From contig NC_086378.1 of NCBI RefSeq assembly GCF_036588685.1, positions 57,598,001-57,662,000 of the forward strand: DNA of 64,000 nt, in the 5' to 3' direction. Below are positions 54,232 to 64,000 of this stretch, piece after piece. Made by a program: the position numbers and the translations under genes. The notes under the pieces are model-generated. The model saw nothing but the letters and a program-made list of their open reading frames with translations, ran no database searches and was not told the origin of the DNA. Source of the stretch: Mytilus trossulus. Lineage: Eukaryota. Each line of letters starts with the position of its first letter. The first letter of the stretch is position 1.

Positions 54232-54844
54232 CAGTGGAGATCACTTCTAACCTCCTCATTAGAACTGTCAGGAGAACTGTCATGGAACTGTTATAACCTG
54301 TCCTAGAACAGTTCTACCTAGAACAGTTCTACCCTAGAACTGTTCTAAGTAGAACTGTCAGAATCAGTTCTAGGTAGAACTGACTAAATCAGTTCTAGGA
54401 AGAACTGTCAGGATCAGTTCTAGGGTAGAACTGTCTAATTCAGTTCTAGGTAGAACTGTTCAAATCAGTTCTAACGGCGTAGAACTGTCAGCAGAACTGA
54501 CTAAATCAGTCAGGACTGTAGAACAGTTCTAAATGACGTCACTGCAGTAAGGGCACTTTATAATTTAGAAGAAATAAATCACTCCCAATTACTTTGCCAT
54601 ATAATAGCAGATTTTCTATATTTCTGTCTGATCAAACGTTACATGTACAAGTATCGAAGTGAATAGGAGGTTATCCAACTCATCGGAGAAATATTTTTTA
54701 TAAGATTGCATAGGAAACATCATTGTTTACGTTTCTTCGTTCCCCGTTTTTAACAGTCTCTTCATAGATTATATAACTCTGCATTTAATTCATGGAACTT
54801 TAATCGTAATTTACCTTGTATGCCTTGGATTTACATTCATTTAA

Positions 54845-55583
54845 GGTTTATATACCCTTCTGTAGCCATTTTTGTACGAATTTTTCAAACCTCAATTGTA
54901 TCAAAACTACAGATATATTGAATAATAGAGATAGGCCATTTAGTACATATTCCAAGGGGAAACTTGATGCAAAGCATTATTTTTTACTGTTTCATTGCAT
55001 TTGATAGAAAAAGAGGACTTTGTGGCAAATAAATCAAGATTTTTATAGAAAATCCACAGCCTTTAAAACAGAGATTTTTGTTATTAAATTTGAAACACAA
55101 ATTACTCACTTGATTTTCTATGATGTGCTAGTGTTTATTTTTTACAAAAAGTTCTAAGCAACCTGTAAATTCCAAAACACCTCGTGCTGAGTCACTAAAG
55201 TCGAGCGCACCCTAAAAGGTGTACTTGATTTTGGCCATATTTATATTTGTTTTAACCAATAACCACATTTATAAACTTGTTTTAAGGAAATCAATGATAG
55301 CACTGCATGCAATAATCCTATATCTATCAGTCATCAAATTGCCAAATATGAGAGTACAAGGATAAAGGCTGTGGATTTTCTATAAAAATCTTGATTTATT
55401 TGCCACAAAGTCCTCTTTTTCTATTAAATGCAATGGAAAAGAAAAAATTAATGCTTTGCATCAAGTTTCCCCTTGGAATATGTTCAAAATGGCCTATCTT
55501 TATTATTCATTATATCTGTAGTTTTGATACAATTGAAGTTTGCAAAGATTGTACAAAAATGGCTACAGAAGGGTACATAAACC
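54845..55583. mobile_element. Kolobok-like MITE, TTAA TSD, ~220-bp TIRs
   Basis: TTAA|ggtttatatacccttctgtagcc...ggctacagaagggtacataaacc|TTAA; 54845-55066 is inverted at 55362-55583. Confidence 0.85.
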
Positions 55584-55678
55584 TTAAGATTCTGTTTTGA
55601 CAAATGTTCATACGAAAATTGTACAGTGGATGAATTATGGGATATTGATATTGTTGTGTTATAACGTAAAAAAACTAT

Positions 55679-56294
55679 TGTAGCGATTATAGTTTGACTG
55701 TATAAATTATTATTATGTAAGATGTCTTTATTTTAAATACGTTTGGGTTAAATAACATTTCTACAGGGCAATGCCTAGTATTTTTTATTTATTTGAACGG
55801 TTTCTATATTATTTAAATTCACCGCCCGGTATCTTAAGAACCGCCCGGTACCCCATCTTTGGAACCGTCGGGGTACCGTCCGGTAACCCCATCTTTAAAA
55901 CTGTCAGGGTACCGCCCGGTAGCCAATCTTTAGAACCGTTGAGGTACCGCCCGGTATCTATAGAACCGCCCGGTACCCCATCTTTGGAACCGTCGGGGTA
56001 CCGCCTGTAAATATGTATATAAGGGGATGCGAGAGAGAATATAGAGAGTGCGAGATTTGAGATTGTTAGTTAGAAGTGTTGAGAGTAATATTGTTTTAGT
56101 GAATTAGGATTATTGTTCAACTGTTTTATTCTGTCAAACTGATATATATTCAACAGATTACATACTTATTTGATTTGAAACTTTGTGTTGTGGTTTGTTT
56201 TCTTTGTGCCATTTGAATATGGATTTTACGTAATTTACGCTACCAAAATAACACATCGACAAACACGAATCCATACAAAAACGACAACGCTACA
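55679..56294 (+). repeat. Gypsy 5' LTR (616 bp)
   Basis: Direct repeat of 59328-59944; TATATAA at 56016-56022. Confidence 0.95.
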
Positions 56295-56296
56295 AA

Positions 56297-56314
56297 TGGT
56301 GGCAGCGGTGGGAT
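56297..56314 (+). other. Primer-binding site, tRNA-Leu
   Basis: TGGTGGCAGCGGTGGGAT is complementary to the tRNA-Leu(AAG/TAG) 3' end. Confidence 0.8.
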
Positions 56315-56427
56315 AGCCATACACGAAGTTTTAGATTCATAATGAGAATAATTGTTGGAATATCAGTGAGACTTAAACTATTTGGATACATGTTACAATT
56401 TTCAGTTCAGGTTATGTTTTATTATTA

Positions 56428-57780
56428 ATGGAGATGGATCGAAATAGAACTGACTATAATTCTTATCCAATGGATTTTACGAACATTGGAGAAGAGCAGA
56501 CTGTTTCTGGAGAACACAACTTTAGGAACAGAAGTCAGTATTTACCAGGATTATTTTCACCATCTCAAGAATTCCAAGGGGTGCCCGATTCCATTCCAAG
56601 GACACCGGGAGATACCAGAACCGCACACCGGACGGTCCCTGGAACCCCATTTTTGACGGTGCCGACAGCTAACAGGTGGGGTGGTTTCGACGGTAGCAGT
56701 AATTGGAAGGATGAATCTTTTATTTCGAGCACACCAATGTCTGATATGAACCAGAGACAACAAAATGCTAATACAGCCGAAATTGATCATAAATGGAAGA
56801 AATTTGTTCTAAGATGGATTTGGTTTATCTTAAGTTTGATACTTGTGATCGGATTCTTTTCCGTAACATTTCCATTTCATGACATTGTTTGTTGGCTGAA
56901 GCAAAATGTTATATTATTGGTGGTTACTCTACTGATAACATTTCTAGTTTCGGTAAAGTTATTCATAAATGAAACCACAAAACGTCTGGAACACTTTGAA
57001 AACCAAAATGAGTACAGTAGAAGACCAACAGATTCCGTGCGTAAGCAATTGAACTTTGACCAGAACATTCCACATAGTCGAGACAATGCAAGGAATGTAC
57101 CGATGAACTCATCATCATCTCTGCAAGTTAACCGATCCGAAGTTCAGGTGAAGCGGACATTTAGTGGCGGTAACGATGATGTGTTAGCAGACTTTCTACG
57201 TTACTTTAAAAACATTGCGACACTAAATGCGTGGAATAAAGAGAGGAAAAGATTAGTGTTCTTTACAACCTTGCGAGGACATGCAGAAACATTTGTGCAC
57301 GGATTGCCTTTAGATATCCAAATGAGATGGGAGAGTTTGATAGATAAGATGGAGTTACGATTTGGACATTCAAACATGAAAGAAAGCTACCTTGCAGAGG
57401 CAAAACTAAGGAGAAGGAAACCTGGGGAATCGTTTAAAGATTTGGGGCAATCTATTGAAGATTTGTACAGGCGTGCATACCCATCTCATCCAGAACTTGT
57501 CCAAGAAAATAGTATCAGATCGTTTCTTGACGCTTGTGGTGAGTCGGAGGGGTTCCGCATGTTTATAAGGCGAACTAAGCCTAGGACTCTCCAAGAAGCT
57601 GTTGCAAGTGCCATGCAAGAAGAATGTATTCGAATGAATGAAGGAAATGTGAACAAGGTTAACAAGAGAAATAATGTTTATACAGTGGAAAAAGAAAGGG
57701 ATGTTTATGAACCGAGTTCAAAGAAGAACAATTATTCCGAAAGTCCGATAAACAACCGAAGATTTCAAAATAAGATATAA
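56428..57780 (+). CDS. gag: Gag (450 aa) with two N-proximal hydrophobic helices; the in-frame CCHC knuckle lies just past the TAA (57781-57948)
   Basis: Capsid-like region FSGGNDDVLADFLRYF...LRGHAETF...RFG...RRKPGESFKDLGQSIEDL; hydrophobic aa ~126-150 and ~161-180; downstream RQCTNCGKRGHTREYC. Confidence 0.88.
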   Translation: MEMDRNRTDYNSYPMDFTNIGEEQTVSGEHNFRNRSQYLPGLFSPSQEFQGVPDSIPRTPGDTRTAHRTVPGTPFLTVPTANRWGGFDGSSNWKDESFISSTPMSDMNQRQQNANTAEIDHKWKKFVLRWIWFILSLILVIGFFSVTFPFHDIVCWLKQNVILLVVTLLITFLVSVKLFINETTKRLEHFENQNEYSRRPTDSVRKQLNFDQNIPHSRDNARNVPMNSSSSLQVNRSEVQVKRTFSGGNDDVLADFLRYFKNIATLNAWNKERKRLVFFTTLRGHAETFVHGLPLDIQMRWESLIDKMELRFGHSNMKESYLAEAKLRRRKPGESFKDLGQSIEDLYRRAYPSHPELVQENSIRSFLDACGESEGFRMFIRRTKPRTLQEAVASAMQEECIRMNEGNVNKVNKRNNVYTVEKERDVYEPSSKKNNYSESPINNRRFQNKI

Positions 57781-57920
57781 AGACAGTGTACCAATTGTGG
57801 AAAAAGAGGACACACAAGAGAGTACTGTTGGAGTAAGACACATTCAAACAATCAGAACATTTCAAATCAGACGGTACCAGAGGAAGACACCGCCCAGATT
57901 AGCGGTGTAACCTTTCAGCA

Positions 57921-57963
57921 GTTAAACAACAACCGGTCGGAGCAATAGGCCCTGCTCCGACCG
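57921..57963 (+). promoter_or_regulatory. Predicted -1 ribosomal frameshift signal
   Basis: G_TTA_AAC in the gag frame, 6-nt spacer, perfect 11-bp stem cggtcggagca/tgctccgaccg with an 8-nt loop; the -1 frame is open to 58160. Confidence 0.75.
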
Positions 57964-59070
57964 ACGGTACCTGGTGGCCTAGCAGAAGTTTAAAGGAGTG
58001 TTCCTTGGATAAACATAGGACGACACGTTCCACTCAAACTGAAAGGGGTGATATGGAGATTGACTTGGATCACTTATTAGACCAAGATTTAACTCCAGAG
58101 TATCACATAACACCTAAGCGGTTGAGTGGTGGTGCGTTTGTTTATCTACGAGGGAACACATAGACAATGAATTATTGTCAGATAATATTGGGCAAAACAA
58201 CGTAGCTATGTTAACGAAAATACCTGGAAAAGTTGGTATGATGGTGAATGGTCAAATAGAAGGATCATCAATTAGTTGGTAGATTGATACCGGTGCAAGA
58301 TGTACATTCATTACAGAAGAATGCTACAGAAATATTTTGTCTGATGGTAGACCTATGCTAGGACCATTAGATACCAGGTTCATCACAACTATTGGTGGTG
58401 ATTTAAAAGTGCTAGGAACTGCTGTTTTGACGTTATCATGTGATGAATTTTGTGTTCAATTTTCAATTATTGTTTCAGGAGTAATAAATCATTTTCTTGG
58501 TGAAAGTATTATCCAATCCATTCGATGTCAAAGGGACTGGGATTCCTTATTTTTAGAAATAAGAGGCAGAAATATTCCATTTCATGTCAAAATATGGACT
58601 ATCTTAATTCTTCTCAAGGTATGGTGCATGTAAGTTTGTTTAACCCAACCAGTAAAGATAGTATGTTGTTCAAATGAACACATATTGCTGTGTTTGTACC
58701 AGTTTTGAATATCGGCAATTCTGTTGAGGTAGAAGATGAAAATGAAGATGTTTGTGGTATTGTTGAGCATCGTAATTCGTCTGATAGTTTGTTTCCTCAA
58801 TATATGAAAAAGATGTACCAAAGCGGTATACAGAATCTTTCAATTTAAGAAGCCGATGAATTTAAAAGGGTATTGCTGCAAAATTGTTGTGTGTTTGCTG
58901 ACCCTGATGGAGAAACTGGACATATATTATTGGGAATGCAAGATATCATACCGGAGAAACAGATACCAATCAAGATACTGCAGGACCATTCTTTTGATAA
59001 ATCATTGGGACCGCTGAACATTTTTTTTATAAATAAAATATTGGAACCACCAGACAATTCTTCAAAATAA
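57927..59070 (+). pseudogene. Degenerate pol: aspartic protease and pre-RT linker only
   Basis: MMVNGQIEGSSISW*IDTGARCTFI (DTG at 58286); later EFKRVLLQNCCVFADPDGETGH...PIKI; frameshifts and stops. Confidence 0.75.
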
Positions 59071-59327
59071 AACATTGGAATCTCTTGGAAATTATTTTAA
59101 TGGAACATTGGGTACAGAGTTCGTCACAGCTAATGTTGATGATTTGAAAGTAAAGTTAGGAACTGCTGTTATAACTTTATTATGCATATTGAAGTGAATA
59201 TACAACATTGACTTGAGTTGAACTATATTGTTTTTTTTGGTGGATATGTATTTAATTCTACAGTGAGTAGACTACTTTTGTTCAATACGACATTGAAATA
59301 GGAATTGCAATTGCTAGTTGGGGGGAT

Positions 59328-59944
59328 TGTAGCGATTTGAGTTTGACTGTATAAATTATTATTATGTAAGATGTCTTTATTTTAAATACGTTTGGGTTAA
59401 ATAACATTTCTATAGGGCAATGCCAAGTATTTTTATTTATTTGAACGGTTTCTATATTATTTAAATTCACCGCCTGGTATCTTAAGAACCGCCCGGTACC
59501 CCATCTTTGGAACCGTCGGGGTACCGTCCGGTAACCCCATCTTTAAAACTGTCAGGGTACCGCCCGGTAGCCAATCTTTAGAACCGTTGAGGTACCGCCC
59601 GGTATCTATAGAACCGCCCGGTACCCCATCTTTGGAACCGTCGGGGTACCGCCTGTAAATATGTATATATAAGGGGATGCGAGAGAGAATATAGAGAGTG
59701 CGAGATTTGAGATTGTTAGTTAGAAGTGTTGAGAGTAATATTGTTTTAGTGAATTAGGATTATTGTTCAACTGTTTTATTCTGTCAAACTGATATATATT
59801 TAACAGATTACATACTTATTTGATTTGAAACTTTGTGTTGTGGTTTGTTTTCTTTGTGCCATTTGAATATGGATTTTACGTAATTTACGCTACCAAAATA
59901 ACACATCGACAAACACGAATCCATACAAAAACGACAACGCTACA
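59328..59944 (+). repeat. Gypsy 3' LTR (617 bp)
   Basis: Direct repeat of 55679-56294. Confidence 0.95.
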
Positions 59945-61063
59945 CTATATACATTTGCACCATCTCGTCAATTTAGCCAGACTTATCCATAACGATTATA
60001 AATGATATCTTGGAGTCTGAAACTCAGAAAAATATACTCATCTGAACATAAATGAAGCATTTGCCACTGGACGTTCGGCTACAAACAAAATCATGCATTT
60101 TTCTTTGCCTTTTCCCACTTGTCTTCAAATTATATTAACAGTATACTAGTCTATCCAAGAAGAGAACTTCCCATACATGTACTTTTTATTTTAAAATAAA
60201 GTATATGAATTAGTCATGTGAGTGTTGGATGATGCCGTAAAATAGTTTTGTTTAAAAAAAAAAACATCACAAACTAACTGACTTAAAAAGTCACTTGAGT
60301 GACGGTTCATTATTATGGATACAGAGAGAAAATAACGGCATGCTAAATTTTAAGATATGGTATAAATACACCGCTATTTGTCTGCCATTACTGGATATCA
60401 CACAGGTTCCCGTAAAAATTTGACATCATAAAACAAAATATCTGACGCCACAATGGAAAAATGATTGTTGTATGCTTCAAAAGTTCAAGAGGGAGGGTCA
60501 GCCAGGATTAGCAATATAGGTGTATTGTGTTCCAAAGTTGGAGGCAAATATTTGCCATTACCATAAATTAACGCACTTTTAAATTGACGTAAACAAAGGA
60601 GCAAACAGAATAAGTGACATGCTCAAACTATTTACAATAACGTATTTGGATGAATTTTAATGATAATTTGCTTATATGTCTTCTATGTATAAAATTTGAG
60701 CATCGTTTGTTTACGTTTCCTTGTTGTGATGATTTTCGGTATCAGAAGGGTGTATTTTGCCGTAAAATGTTTAAATTATAACCTCACCATTCTATGACAT
60801 CGGGTACTTCATTCATAAAAAAACATATGACGTGGGAGTACGATCGGAACAGCCGATGCAATATATTCATATTTTACCATGGGTGTGTACTCAAAGCGTT
60901 TGAAGGACGTCATGTTAAAATCTTTTTTGGCCAATGTGTTACAATATCATGAATATTGCTGTCATTTGAATTATACAATCCATCCTGATATGTAATTACA
61001 TGTATAAGTGATTTACTATGTGGCTATATATATATATTAAAATTTACATTATAAAGTGTAAAT

Positions 61064-62290
61064 ATGGTCAGTTTTGGTTGATGCTGTCACATATGGTCAG
61101 TATTGGTTGATGCGGTCAAATATGGTCAGTTTTCATGGCTTTGGTTGATGCGGACAAATAATTTTGTTATATCCATGAGTCACTCTGAGATATCAAAACT
61201 ACTGAAATTAGTTTACGATTCAAAATTTTGATTAAAAAGAGGACATGCTGGCACTTTAAACTGATGCGAGCATAATTTTGTTTTCCAATATTGCTTTCCT
61301 TCATATTGATTTGATTTTGATTTGATTTTGATATTGAACAATCCATCCTGATATAAAAATGTAAGCATGCGCAATATAAAATTCTACTCAGAACAATATT
61401 CCCCAATATTCATGCAATAACCCTATAATATAGATCATTTGTATTATAATGATTATACACTCCATCCTTACATAAACATATTACAGATTTACTATGCGAC
61501 TATAAGAGTTGTATAAAAAAGAGCAAATATGGTCAGTTTTGGTTGATGTGGTCAAATATGGTTAGTTTTGGTTGATGCTGTGAAATATGGTCAGTTTTGA
61601 TTGATACAGACAAATAATTTTGTTACACGAGTAAGTCTGAAGTATGAAAACTACTGATATTTGTTTCTGATGCGATATTTTAAATAAAAATTGGAAATGC
61701 TGGCACCCTCAATTAACATGATTCATGCGAGAAAAAAATGTGTGGTCACTGATTTCCAATATTGCAGTTATTAATTATATACTACAGTCCCTCTCGAACT
61801 AAAATTATAACTGAATTGCTGTGCAGCTATATAGATTTACGTAAATAAAAAAATATGGTAAGTTTTGGTTGATGCAGTCAAAAGATTTTATTACACGACT
61901 CAGTCTGAAGTATACAAACTACTGTCTGATATTTGGTTATGATTCAATATTTTGAATAAAACAAGGACATGCTCATTGGAGAATCAAGGGGAGGGGGTCC
62001 AGGGGTTGGAACCCCACTTTTATTAACATCAATGCTTATGAATGGGAGCATATAGTTTGACCCCCAGCCTGATCTAGCTGCCCCTGGATGCTGGCACTAT
62101 AAATTGCTGTGAACAATTACATTTTTTTTCTCCAAAATTGCTGTTACTTGTATATTACAGTCCCTCTAGACCTAAAATTAAAACTGAAGTACTGTGCAGC
62201 TATATAGATTTGCAGAAAGAAAAAGCAAATAAAGGCAGTTTAGATTGATGCGGTCAAAAGATTTTTGTTAAACAGGTCGTCCGAGGTATG
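61064..62290 (+). repeat. Diverged multi-level tandem repeats inside the large TIR element (~28-bp atatggtcagttttggttgatgc units within ~330-460-bp blocks)
   Basis: Motif clusters at about 61064, 61527, 61853 and 62230. Confidence 0.6.
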
Positions 62291-62597
62291 AAAACTATAT
62301 GAAAACTACTTGTAAACAGATATTATATTGGTTATTGAGGTCCAATAATTTTGTTATGTGATAATGAGCCATCCTGACTCCCAGAATAACAAGTGTAAAA
62401 CAATTCAAATAATAATGCCCCCCCCTAATACATGATACATGTACTAACGGCCTAATTTATGTACAAAAATTGAGAGAAAAACAAAAAATTATGTAACACA
62501 TCAACAAAAGAAAATCCCTGAATTACATGCTCTTGACTTGGAACAGGCACATACATGCAGAATATGGCGGGGTTAACAGGTAAAAAATGTTCTCTAA

Positions 62598-62889
62598 GGC
62601 AGCAACCATTTGATTTTCGGGGGGGGGGGGCTATGTTTTTTTTTTCTGTACAAACTTTTTTTTCTCCTTCAACGAAGAACAATCTATTTTTTACCCGACA
62701 AACCGAAAACAATTTTTTTCTTTCAATTTTAGCATTACATATAGTGGCAGCTGAGGATGAAACAAACAATTTTTTTTTCTCAGGGTCCAAAACAAATTTT
62801 TTTTTTCACCAAAAACTGGAAACAAACTTTTATTTCCAAATAAAACCATTGCCCCCCCCCCCCCCCCCGAAAATAAAATGGTTGCTGCC
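62598..62889. mobile_element. Harbinger-like MITE, TAA TSD
   Basis: TAA|ggcagcaaccatttgattttcggggg...ccccgaaaataaaatggttgctgcc|TAA. Confidence 0.85.
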
Positions 62890-62989
62890 TAAGTCTTGCC
62901 GATTATAAATCTGAAATAAAACCGGCAAAATAGCAAAACAGTATATAATTTACCCAACCCTTTGTATTAAGGCAAAGTGTTCTTAAAAC

Positions 62990-63260
62990 TTATAAATCAA
63001 CTCTAGCCGTAGAATTCATAAAACATTTTTAGAATTTATAAATCAATTTTATCCGTAGAATTTATAAATCAATTCTGGCCGTAGAATTCATAAAAATCAA
63101 TTTTAGCCGTAGAATTTTTAAATCAATTTTAGCCGTAGAATTTATAAATCAATTCTGGCCGTAGAATTTATAAAAATAAATTTTAGCCGTAGAATTTTTA
63201 AATCAATTTTACCCGTAGAATTTACAAATCAATTATTGCCGTAGAATTTATAAAAATCAG
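62990..63260 (+). repeat. Minisatellite, 26-28-bp unit tttataaatcaattctggccgtagaa, about 10 copies
   Basis: Visible tandem units. Confidence 0.85.
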
Positions 63261-63343
63261 TTCTAGAGCCTGACAGTTCTACGTACTGTTCTAGAACAGT
63301 TCTCCTGACAGATTTAATGAGAGGTTAGAAGTGATCTCCACTG

Positions 63344-63870
63344 TACCAATTTCCCAGCAGTTTCTGCATGCGGGGTAATTGATACGATATCCTGGCCTTG
63401 CATTTCCTATCATGACTTTCTTGCTAGAGGGTTGCTGCTAACAAGAAAGATATCAAACCAAGAGTTCCAAATGGTTAAATTGGAATAATCACTTAAAGAC
63501 ATTCAAGCCATCACGAGTTGGTTGACCTTAATGGAAAATCCGTTTCACAGAATAATAATTATTCATCTGATGATAATGGATTTGTTTTTAATTCATAGCA
63601 AGAATGCCTTCCCCTTTTAACGAATATGACCTACCGAGTTTATACTAACGAGAACAAACGACGGGTGCAACATGTGGAGTAGGATCTGCTCAACCTTCCG
63701 CAGAAACTGAGATCGCTCCAAGCTTTTGATGGTGTACATGTTGCTCAGTCATTTGTTTTTTGTGTACTTTTTTTCGTCTGTTCGTCTTTTTCGTATTAAG
63801 TCATGGCGTTTTTAGTTTATTTTCGATTTATGTGTTTGAATATTCCTGTGGTATTTTTCGTCACTCTTGT
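63344..63870 (+). mobile_element. Penelope-like remnant, right part
   Basis: Continues 54095-54231; matches 52060-52600. Confidence 0.75.
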
Positions 63871-64000
63871 TTGCTTTATTTTTAGACCATTTTTCTCTAC
63901 TGTGTATTTAAATTGCCCAGCACTAATCGCAATTAATTACGAATTAAAACAATTACATGTAAGGGTACATGAGCCGATCAAATTCATAACATATAATGAT

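Larger units (their letters stand above)
55679..59944 (+). mobile_element. Ty3/Gypsy-type LTR element, gag-pro only (non-autonomous), recent insertion
   Basis: LTRs 55679-56294 and 59328-59944 (TG...CA; about 6 substitutions and 2 small indels); 4-bp TSD CTAT; PBS; G-rich PPT at about 59316-59327; no RT, RH or IN motifs seen. Confidence 0.95.
54232..63343. mobile_element. Large non-autonomous TA-TSD TIR element (Tc1/mariner-like CAGT ends) carrying nested insertions
   Basis: TA|cagtggagatcacttctaacctc...gaggttagaagtgatctccactg|TA; subterminal agaactgt/cagttct arrays at 54262-54530 and 63258-63310. Confidence 0.85.

Noticed and set aside
58630-59320. env-like third ORF in the Gypsy element
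   Set aside because: No ORF with a signal peptide or TM anchor; the region is decayed pol linker followed by non-coding sequence.
62452-62908. Overlapping 112-aa and 117-aa ORFs
   Set aside because: They run through a MITE with homopolymer tracts; low complexity and no domain.

Overview
AT-rich, repeat-dense eukaryotic genomic DNA. The repeat families and gene content suggest a bivalve mollusc, probably a Mytilus-type mussel; this is an inference. Host genes: (A) a complete 7-exon minus-strand gene (CDS 38385->27272, 316 aa) for a secreted single-VWA protein with Tyr/Lys/His-rich ends; (B) the first three exons of a tandem paralog that runs off the left edge. The rest is layered mobile DNA: a full-length but disrupted BEL/Pao LTR retrotransposon (20275-25980); a young gag-pro-only Ty3/Gypsy element (55679-59944) whose Gag carries two predicted transmembrane helices and is followed by a -1 frameshift signal; a decayed Academ DNA transposon; a fossil DIRS/Ngaro tyrosine-recombinase retrotransposon scattered over about 13 kb; Penelope-like fragments; a repeat family with a minimal hammerhead ribozyme; several MITEs and non-autonomous TIR elements, including one with CAC ends and a 5-bp TSD; and a ~6.5-kb 40-bp satellite upstream of gene A. 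All alignments, counts and translations were done by eye; no database searches were run.
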